DNA from: an uncultured Thermoanaerobaculia bacterium
Lineage (GTDB): Bacteria; Acidobacteriota; Thermoanaerobaculia; Multivoradales; JBCCEF01
Direction: 5' to 3'
Assembly (NCBI GenBank): GCA_964573125.1
Contig: CAZNIX010000144.1
Coordinates: forward strand, 1 to 10,359
Length of the DNA: 10,359 nucleotides
The translations under genes and the position numbers were made by a program. The notes under the pieces were generated by a model. It was not told the origin of the DNA. It did no database searches and was given only the letters and a program-made list of their open reading frames with translations. Positions 1 through 6,572 of this stretch are shown here, one piece after another; the first letter of the stretch is position 1, and the number at the start of each line of letters is the position of its first letter.

Positions 1-1
1 T

Positions 2-1312
2 CCCGGCGCCGGCGCGGCGGCGTTGCTGCTCGCCGCCCTCGCGCTGCCCGCCGCGGCCGCGGGCGAGGAGGCGTCGCCGTTCGGCGTCAACGCCCACGCG
101 CCCGAGGGCAAGCGCCTGCACCGACTGCTCGACGAGGCGGTGGCCGGCGGCGCCGGCTGGGTGCGAGTCGACTTCGCCTGGAGCGACATCCAGCCCGCCC
201 CCGGCCGCTTCGTCTGGCGGCGCTACGACGCGGTGGTCGCCGCCGCGCACGCGCGGGGCCTCTCCGTGCTCGGCCTGCTCCAGAGCACGCCGGGGTGGGC
301 GACCGACGGCCGGCCCGGCGTCGGCGTGCCGCGCCGGGTCGACGAGTGGCAGCTCTTCTGCTTCGCCGCCGCGCTCCGCTACCGCGGCGCGGTCGACCAC
401 TGGGAGGTATGGAACGAGCCCAACCTGCCGCGCTTCTTCGCCGGCGACCGCGACGACTACATCGACCGCGTGCTGATTCCGGCCGCCGAGGCGATCCGCG
501 CGGCGTCGCCCGAGGCGCGGGTCGGCGGCCCGGCGTTGAGCCAGTGGACCGCCGGCGGCAGCGACTGGCACCGCTGGCTCCACGAGGTCCTGCTGCGCGC
601 CGGCGACCGGCTCGATTTCGCCACCCACCACCTCTACGACCTCGACGGCCACCGCGACGTCACCCGCCGGCTCGAGCGCTCGACCACCGCCGGCGGCGAC
701 CCGCGCGCCTGGGACCTGTGGCCGCCGTCGGTGCGCGAGGTGCTGGTCGCGGCGGGCTGGTTCGGCCGCCCGTTCTGGCTCACCGAGGTCGGCTGGCCGA
801 CCGTGCCGGCGGGCATCCTGCGGGTGCCGAGCGAGGTCTGGCAGGCGCGCGAGCTGCGCGGCTTGCTCGCCGGCTGGACCGCCGGCCGCCCCGGCCGCGG
901 CTGGCTGCACAGGATCTTCGTCTACGAGCTGGTCGACGACCCGCGGGGCGGGATCGCCCGCCTCGGCCTGCTCCGCCCCGACCTCTCGCGCAAGCCGGCG
1001 TGGACGGCGCTGCGCGACGCCGCCGCGGCGTGGCGCGCCGCGAGGCCGCCGCCGGAAACCTCGCCGTCGGAGCCGCCGTCGCCGTCAGGACCGGCGCCGG
1101 AGTCTCGCCTGGGCCGAACCCTCCCGGGCCGGAGCGCGTCCGGTCGCCGCGCGGGAAGAACGGCACCAGCGGCCGGCACGGGGGCCGGGGAAGAGCTTGC
1201 GGTCGGTGCGCATTTCGGCAGCTCGGCGCATGGTCGCCTCGCGATGCGATGCGCAACAGCGATCGCGCCGGCCGCCATTCCGAAGAGCAGCGGTCCGGCA
1301 GGGTCGTGGTAG
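2..1312 (+). CDS. Secreted clan GH-A (GH5/GH39-like) glycoside hydrolase. It is 5'-partial: the signal-peptide h-region runs off the window start. The ~90-aa C-terminal tail is Pro/Ser/Gly/Arg-rich low complexity.
   Basis: The frame stays open from nt 2, reading ...PGAGAAALLLAALALPAAAA/GEE. That is a signal-peptide hydrophobic core with no upstream Met or basic n-region inside the window, so I call it 5'-truncated. The TTG at 23 is an unlikely start. Motifs are FGVNAH, WVRVDFAWSDIQP, EVWNEPN (clan GH-A acid/base Glu in NEP) and WLTEVGW (nucleophile Glu in TEVG). GC3 bias is strong. The stop is TAG at 1310-1312. The tail after about aa 340 (PPPETSPSEPPSPSGPAPE...) is low complexity and may be an over-extension. 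Confidence 0.7.
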   Translation, partial: PGAGAAALLLAALALPAAAAGEEASPFGVNAHAPEGKRLHRLLDEAVAGGAGWVRVDFAWSDIQPAPGRFVWRRYDAVVAAAHARGLSVLGLLQSTPGWATDGRPGVGVPRRVDEWQLFCFAAALRYRGAVDHWEVWNEPNLPRFFAGDRDDYIDRVLIPAAEAIRAASPEARVGGPALSQWTAGGSDWHRWLHEVLLRAGDRLDFATHHLYDLDGHRDVTRRLERSTTAGGDPRAWDLWPPSVREVLVAAGWFGRPFWLTEVGWPTVPAGILRVPSEVWQARELRGLLAGWTAGRPGRGWLHRIFVYELVDDPRGGIARLGLLRPDLSRKPAWTALRDAAAAWRAARPPPETSPSEPPSPSGPAPESRLGRTLPGRSASGRRAGRTAPAAGTGAGEELAVGAHFGSSAHGRLAMRCATAIAPAAIPKSSGPAGSW

Positions 1313-1355
1313 CTTGCCGCCGTCGCGTTGCGAACGCGTGACCGCGCTCCGAACG

Positions 1356-1589
1356 ATGAGCACGCCCGTCGATCGCCAGCCCTCGGAGGCCGAGCTCGAG
1401 GAGTGGCGGCGCGAATTCGAAGCCGCCGCCCGCCGCCCCCTCGAGACCCGCCTCCGCTACGCTTTCATCAAGACCTACAAGCCCGTCCTCGACGACGCCC
1501 GCTACCGGTCCTTCGACAGCACGGCCGAGTACCGCGCCTGGTGCGAGGAAAACCTGCCGAGCTGGCTGGGCTATGGCCGCTCCATTTGA
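1356..1589 (+). CDS. Small 77-aa hypothetical protein, the upstream partner of the nucleotidyltransferase gene. An alternative in-frame GTG start lies at 1338.
   Basis: ATG at 1356 and TGA at 1587-1589. GC3 bias is very strong, typical of genuine coding sequence in this genome. The product is MSTPVDRQPSEAELEEWRREFEAAARRPLETRLRYAFIKTYKPVLDDARYRSFDSTAEYRAWCEENLPSWLGYGRSI. The 3' end overlaps the next gene's ATG (1573) by 17 nt, which suggests translational coupling. I recognise no family. Confidence 0.5.
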   Translation: MSTPVDRQPSEAELEEWRREFEAAARRPLETRLRYAFIKTYKPVLDDARYRSFDSTAEYRAWCEENLPSWLGYGRSI

Positions 1590-2043
1590 ATACCGGCAGG
1601 CCGAGGAGATCCGGGACGCCCTGGCGCGCCACGGCGTCCGCTACCTGTTCATCGGCAAGTCGGCCGCGATCCTGCTCGGGTTCCCAGACACCACGCAGGA
1701 CGTCGACCTCTTCGTCGAGAAAGACGGGGACAACCATGCGGTCCTGGTGCGGGCGCTGGTCGACCTTGGCTTCGACCTCACCGATCGTGAGCGCCAGGAG
1801 GTCCTGCGCGGCAAGGACCTCGTGCAGCTCAAGAACGGGCCGTTCGACGTCGATCTCGTGTTCGCGCCCGACGGGATCGAGAGCTTCGAAGCGGCGTGGC
1901 GGCACCGGGTCGAGATCGAGGGCTTCCCGGTCTGCCACCTCGACGACGTCATCGCCAGCAAGGTCGCGAGCAACCGCGTCAAGGACCGTGAGTCGCTGCC
2001 GCGGTTACGCGCGTTCCGCGATTACCTGCGGCGCAGCGGGTAG
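1573..2043 (+). CDS. Minimal nucleotidyltransferase (Pol-beta superfamily) fold protein, 156 aa.
   Basis: The N-terminal region is LFIGKSAAILLGFPDTTQDVDLFV, which fits the hG[GS]x9-13 DhD nucleotidyltransferase signature (GKS ... DVD). A later acidic strand, FDVDLVF, could supply the third carboxylate. The C-terminal segment HLDDVIASKVASNRVKDRESL resembles helper helices in minimal-nucleotidyltransferase families. The ATG overlaps the stop of the preceding small gene. GC3 bias is strong. Confidence 0.65.
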   Translation: MAAPFEYRQAEEIRDALARHGVRYLFIGKSAAILLGFPDTTQDVDLFVEKDGDNHAVLVRALVDLGFDLTDRERQEVLRGKDLVQLKNGPFDVDLVFAPDGIESFEAAWRHRVEIEGFPVCHLDDVIASKVASNRVKDRESLPRLRAFRDYLRRSG

Positions 2044-2706
2044 CGCGGCGAGCCGCCGCGGCGCCGCGCGGATCTCGGGCACCTCGACGATGCGCACCCC
2101 CGCGGGCGGATGCTCGACCGCCTCGACCAGCGCAGCGACCATCGCGGCGAGCCGGACCAGGCCAAGCCGGCGGGCGCCGGCGCGGGTCGGGGGCAGCAGC
2201 TCGAGCAAGCCGTAGGCGGGGAGCAGGGCGTAGGCCCAGCGATGGCCGGGGCCGAGCACGTACCACGGCCGGAGGAAGGTGGTGGCGAGGCCGGTGGCGC
2301 GGATCGCCGCCTCGCCCTCCGCGCGCGCCGTGAGGTAGGCGCGCATCACCGGCGCCGGCTGCGCGACGCTGACGTAGACCACGTGGCGCACCCCGGCCGC
2401 GGCCGCCACGGCGGCCGACTCCCGCGCCGAGACCAGGTCGACCTCCCGGAACTGCCGCGCCTTCGAGGGGTTCGGCTTGGGCGTGCCGACGAGCTGGACG
2501 AGGGTGTCGGCCGGCGGTATGGCGGCCTCGAAGGTGCGGCGGTCGAGGGCGTCGCCGGGGACGACCTCGCAGCCGGGCGGGAGCTTCGCCTCCGCGCCCG
2601 GCCGGACCAGCGCGCGGACGGCGTGCCCCCGCGCGAGCAGCTCCGGGATCAGCCGCCGGCCGAGGTAGCCGGTGCCGCCGGTGACGAAGACGTGGCGGGG
2701 CGGCAC
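2005..2706 (-). CDS. NAD(P)H-binding atypical SDR / NmrA-like epimerase-dehydratase family protein, 233 aa.
   Basis: The N-terminus is MPPRHVFVTGGTGYLGRRLIPELLARGHAV, a Rossmann TGGTGxxG motif. Codon bias is good. Its start lies 6 nt downstream of the truncated-haemoglobin stop, consistent with an operon. Its 3' end overlaps the convergent plus-strand nucleotidyltransferase gene by 39 nt. Confidence 0.8.
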   Translation of the reverse strand: MPPRHVFVTGGTGYLGRRLIPELLARGHAVRALVRPGAEAKLPPGCEVVPGDALDRRTFEAAIPPADTLVQLVGTPKPNPSKARQFREVDLVSARESAAVAAAAGVRHVVYVSVAQPAPVMRAYLTARAEGEAAIRATGLATTFLRPWYVLGPGHRWAYALLPAYGLLELLPPTRAGARRLGLVRLAAMVAALVEAVEHPPAGVRIVEVPEIRAAPRRLAALPAAPQVIAERA

Positions 2707-2712
2707 GTCGGT

Positions 2713-3183
2713 TTACGGCGCCTCGACGATGTCCGCCTTGAGCGTCGACACCACCGCCAGCAGCTCGTCCTTCTCGGCTTGCGGCACCTTGAACTTGTCG
2801 AGCGTCGCCACCAGGTGGGCGACCGCGGCGTTCCACTGCGCCTCGGTGATGCCGAGCCCGGTGTGGGAGGTCTTCATGTCGCGGCCGGTGTAGACGCAGG
2901 GGCCGCCGGCGGCGGCGCAGAGCTGCTCGACGACGAGCTGGCGGATGTGTCCCTTCGAGTCGTTGGAGTGGCCGGCGAAGAAGCGCGCCAGCGACGGGTC
3001 GGCGAGCAGCCGGCCGATGAAGTCGTCGGTCACCGCGGCGATCGCGTCGTAGCCGCCGAGGCGCTGGTAGAGCGAGGGCTTCTCATGGTGGTCGGCACGG
3101 ACCGCCGCCGGCGCGGCGGCGAGGGCGAAGGCGACGACGGCGAGGGTCGCGAGAGCGAATCGGGACGTGCGGGCGCTGAGCAT
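2713..3183 (-). CDS. glbN: Group I truncated haemoglobin (2/2 Hb, trHbN-like) with an N-terminal signal peptide, so probably periplasmic or secreted.
   Basis: SLYQRLGGYDAIAAVTDDFIGRLLADPSLARFF ... GGPCVYTGRDMKTSHTGLGIT matches the trHbN pattern (LYERLGG...AI..VVDDFY.R...D..L..FF ... GGP..YTG..M...H.G.GIT), with the proximal His in KTSHTG. The N-terminus MLSARTSRFALATLAVVAFALAAAPAAVRA looks like a signal peptide. A strong SD (GGGGAGGAGG) sits 5-6 nt upstream of the ATG at 3183. Confidence 0.85.
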   Translation of the reverse strand: MLSARTSRFALATLAVVAFALAAAPAAVRADHHEKPSLYQRLGGYDAIAAVTDDFIGRLLADPSLARFFAGHSNDSKGHIRQLVVEQLCAAAGGPCVYTGRDMKTSHTGLGITEAQWNAAVAHLVATLDKFKVPQAEKDELLAVVSTLKADIVEAP

Positions 3184-3348
3184 GTGTCCTCCTCCCCGAA
3201 GGGGGTCGTTCCAACGCCAGTACGGCGCCGGCCCACCGGCGGATGAGTGTCAGTCCCACCGCGCTCCCCGGCCACGCCCCGTCGCCGCCCGACCGGTAGC
3301 CGAGACCTGCGCCGGATGGCGCGGGTCGAACGCACTTGGGCGGGGGCG

Positions 3349-6330
3349 CTACGGCGTGGTCGACGACCACGACGAAACGTCGCCGCTCTCGAAGCCGTCG
3401 GCGAAGATGAGCGCCTCGACGGTCGAGAACCGCCGCGCGACCCGGGTGACGTTGCCCTGGTGGTCGGCGACCTCGGCGGAGAGCGTGGCGGCGGTCAGCT
3501 CGGGGAGCGGCTGGGACAGCAGGATCGCGTAGACCCCGGGCGCCTGCTCGACCGCGAGGTCGGCCAGCTCGGCGCCGGGCGGGCGGCCCTCGACCGGCAA
3601 GTCGGCGGTCAGAGACAGCGTCGCGAGATCGACCCCCGAGTTGGCGTCGGCGACGCCGACCCGCAAGAGAAACACCGGATCGGGGTTGAAGCCCAGGCGC
3701 GGGACGCTCACGTGGAGCGTTGGCTTGAGGTCGTCGAGGAACCAGCCGAAGCCCGGGCTGCCGTCGGTCACGGCGGTGTCGATCGGGCAGCCGAGGTCGA
3801 TCCAGCGCGCGAACGTCATCTTCTCGTCGATCGAGAGCGGCGGCACGCCGCTCCCCGGCGGCGGCATGATCGTGCCGGTGTAGTCGAGGTCGGCCTCGTT
3901 GGGGTCGGCGCCGGGCGGCAGGGTGTTCGGGTCGCCGGGCACCGACTCGGTCGGGTGGTCGGCGTTGGTCCAGCCGTCGAAGCGCTGGCCGAAGACCTTC
4001 CAGGCGAGGAGGCTCCGCCGGCTCTGGAACCGCCGCACGTAGCGGCTGGCGTTGGTCTGCCGCCAGGTGCCGTTCCCGATCACCGGCGGGTGGCCCCACT
4101 GCGCCGGGTCGTCGTCGCAGAGGCGCTTGTAGTCGCCGGGGAGGCCGCCGTAGAGCGCGAGGTCGTCGAGCACGAGGTTGCCGCTCGGCGCCGCCGCGGC
4201 GTGGCACGCGCCGGTGCACGAGCGCTGGAGGAGCGGGCGGACGTCCTGGTAGAACTCGACGTCGACGACCGGCGCCGGCACCACCTCGAGATCGGGCTGG
4301 CCGCCGGCGTCGTAGGAGACGAGCGGCGTCACCGTCGAGAGGTCCCAGACCGGAAAGCCCGGCTGGCCGGCGGCGGTGTCCTCGAACGCGAGCGGCTGCT
4401 GGCTGTGGGCGTGGCAGCCGCCGCAGTTCGCGCGCACCTCGCCCGGCCGCACCTGGTGCCAGGTCTGCGCCATGTTGAGCACCATGCCGTTGCGGTCGAG
4501 GGTCTGGAACGTGAACGGGGTGTCGGCCGGCACCTTGACCAGGAAGCTGGTGTCGGGGTTGCCCTCGGGGTCGAGGACCGGCTGGCCCTGGCCGTCGAAC
4601 TTGCGCACCGGGATCTCGCCGAGGATGCGGTGGCGCTCGTTGGCGTGGTTTGAGAAGTGCTGCCCCTCGTTGGGGCCGTAGCTCCGGTGGGTGTTGGGCT
4701 CGAGCGCGACCAGGCGGATCGCCCAGATCGCGGAGTTCGCGTACTTCCCTGCGTCCGCGCCCTGGTAGTCCCAGTTGCTCGACTGGCCGTTCTCCGAGGT
4801 GTTGAAGGCGTCGAGGCCGTCGAAGGTGTCGGCCCACGGCGTCACCCAGCCGGGGAAGCTCTCGCGCTTGTAGAGGCTCGAGGTGCCGACCAGGCCGAAC
4901 GGCGTCCCCGCCGGCAGCTCGGGGTGGAGCGTGCCGTCCTCGGGGAGCCAGGGGATCGCCGCCGGCTCGGCGACGCCGTGCACGGCCGCGTAGGGCACGA
5001 CCGCCCGCGGCCACGCCTCGTTGTAGGCCGGGTCGTTCTTGAGCAGGACCAGATCGGTGGGCGACCAGACCGGATCGCCGCCCGGGACCAGGTAGAGGCC
5101 GCTGTCGTAGTAGGGGAGCGGCGTCGGCCGGTCGAGGTCGTTCGCGGGCCCCGGCGTCCACGCCGCGAGGAGGTCGCCGCCCGGCGCCGCCGACGGGTGG
5201 GTGAACTTGCCCACCCTCACGCCGCCGGCGCCGGCCGGCGCCGCCTCGTCGTCGCCGTGGGTCAGCGGCGAGATCGAGATCATCCCGCGCGGCGTGAACC
5301 CCATCTGGAACGGGTAGAAGAGGCCGTTGCCGATCGTGCGGTCGATCGCCGGGTTCTCGCTCGGGAACGCCGAGTGGAACGGCGGCTCGCCCGGCGGCGG
5401 CGCGGCCGGGAAGCGGTAGAGCGCGCCGAATCCGTTGTTGTTGAGGTTGTAGTAGTCCTCGACCACGAGGTCGCCGTCGCCCATCTGGGTCATGAAGTGG
5501 AACGCCGACGGCTGCTTGAACGCGCTGACGAGCGGCCCCCAGCTCCGGCCGTCCGGGTAGATCGTCCAGATCCCCCACAGGCGCCGGTCGCGCAGCCCCT
5601 GGCTCTCGTAGGAGGAGAACGCGATCCGCCCGTCCTGGAGGATCGTCGGGTGGAGCGCGCTCCCGATCGTCATCGGCGCGATCGGCGTGACGTTGGCGCC
5701 GTCCTCGTCCATCACGTAGAGCTGGAGCGTCGGCGCGGTGAAGCTCCGCGGCGGCGTGAAGCCGTTGCGGTTCGAGCTGAACGCGACCTTGCCGCCGGGG
5801 AGCGGGCAGGGGCCGAGGTTGAGGATGCCGTAGCCGAGGCGGTTGAAACCGGCCGGCGGATCGAGCGGGTTGGTCTCGTCCCAGATGCCGGCGCCGGTGT
5901 TGGGGGTGAACTCGCCGTGGGTGAGCTGCTCGACCTGGCGGCTCGCGAGGTGGATGCGGAAGACGTCGGCGCCCAAGAGCGGCAGCTCGTCGCGCTGCGG
6001 GTTGGTCTGGGTCAGGTCGTGGAAGAGCGCGTAGTAGACCCACTGGGCGTCGAACGACACGAACGGGTCGGTCACCGAGCAGACCGTGCAGTCGACGAGC
6101 AGCTCCTCGCTCCCGTCCGGGTGGAGCAGCACGAGATCCGCCCCCGGCTCGGCGCGCGCCGGGTGAAAGACCTCGGGCCAGGTCGTGTTGTCGAGGTCGC
6201 CGTAGCGCGGCTGGCGGACGTAGACGACGTCGTAGGGAACGGGCGGCTGGGCGGCGGCCGGGACGGCGAGAGCGAGGGCGGGGCCGGACGCGAGGGCGAG
6301 GCGCAGGACGCGCGAGAAAAACAGCTTCAT
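3349..6330 (-). CDS. Large secreted multidomain protein, 993 aa: an N-terminal PD40/TolB-like beta-propeller, a central CXXCH site, a Planctomycete-cytochrome-C (PSCyt1)-like segment carrying CX3CH, and a C-terminal ADGFESGD tail.
   Basis: The signal peptide is MKLFFSRVLRLALASGPALALAVPAAAQ. The SD GGAGGT lies 6 nt upstream of the ATG at 6330. PD40-like blades include GGKVAFSSNRNGF, DGRIAFSSYESQG and YPDGRSWGP. NCGGCHAHS (CGGCH at nt 4411-4425) is a canonical c-type haem-binding CXXCH. VEFYQDVRPLLQRSCTGACHAAAAPSGNLVLDDLALYGG ... MPPPGSGVPPLSIDEKMTFARWIDLGCPI (nt ~3781-4260) follows the PSCyt1 pattern (F..DV.PIL...C..CHG...L.LD ... MPP...L...E...L..WI..GA), but with CTGACH (CX3CH, nt 4201-4218) in place of CXXCH. 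The C-terminus ends ...ALIFADGFESGDVSSWSSTTP. Coding bias is strong throughout. Confidence 0.85.
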   Translation of the reverse strand: MKLFFSRVLRLALASGPALALAVPAAAQPPVPYDVVYVRQPRYGDLDNTTWPEVFHPARAEPGADLVLLHPDGSEELLVDCTVCSVTDPFVSFDAQWVYYALFHDLTQTNPQRDELPLLGADVFRIHLASRQVEQLTHGEFTPNTGAGIWDETNPLDPPAGFNRLGYGILNLGPCPLPGGKVAFSSNRNGFTPPRSFTAPTLQLYVMDEDGANVTPIAPMTIGSALHPTILQDGRIAFSSYESQGLRDRRLWGIWTIYPDGRSWGPLVSAFKQPSAFHFMTQMGDGDLVVEDYYNLNNNGFGALYRFPAAPPPGEPPFHSAFPSENPAIDRTIGNGLFYPFQMGFTPRGMISISPLTHGDDEAAPAGAGGVRVGKFTHPSAAPGGDLLAAWTPGPANDLDRPTPLPYYDSGLYLVPGGDPVWSPTDLVLLKNDPAYNEAWPRAVVPYAAVHGVAEPAAIPWLPEDGTLHPELPAGTPFGLVGTSSLYKRESFPGWVTPWADTFDGLDAFNTSENGQSSNWDYQGADAGKYANSAIWAIRLVALEPNTHRSYGPNEGQHFSNHANERHRILGEIPVRKFDGQGQPVLDPEGNPDTSFLVKVPADTPFTFQTLDRNGMVLNMAQTWHQVRPGEVRANCGGCHAHSQQPLAFEDTAAGQPGFPVWDLSTVTPLVSYDAGGQPDLEVVPAPVVDVEFYQDVRPLLQRSCTGACHAAAAPSGNLVLDDLALYGGLPGDYKRLCDDDPAQWGHPPVIGNGTWRQTNASRYVRRFQSRRSLLAWKVFGQRFDGWTNADHPTESVPGDPNTLPPGADPNEADLDYTGTIMPPPGSGVPPLSIDEKMTFARWIDLGCPIDTAVTDGSPGFGWFLDDLKPTLHVSVPRLGFNPDPVFLLRVGVADANSGVDLATLSLTADLPVEGRPPGAELADLAVEQAPGVYAILLSQPLPELTAATLSAEVADHQGNVTRVARRFSTVEALIFADGFESGDVSSWSSTTP

Positions 6331-6572
6331 GGCGGCACCTCCGTGCCAGCCCGGGACCCCGCCGGCGCGCGACCGGCCGCCCGGGCCACGAATCGAGTGT
6401 CCTCAGCCCGCCGAGGGTAGCACAGGGGCCCTGGGGCGTCCGCCTCGCCGAGCCGAGGTCGATCCCTCGAACGGCCGGAGCGGACCCCAGCCGAGGCACC
6501 GGCGGCGGTGTAACCATCGGCGTACATGCTACGCTGCGCCGTCGGTTCCACCCTGGCAAAGGAGGCTCAACG

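Noticed and set aside
1587-1589. Whether the TGA ending the small 77-aa gene could also be a recoded Sec codon.
   Set aside because: There is no downstream hairpin at SECIS spacing. The downstream in-frame translation is not protein-like; the real downstream gene is in a different frame. No thioredoxin-like motif surrounds the codon.
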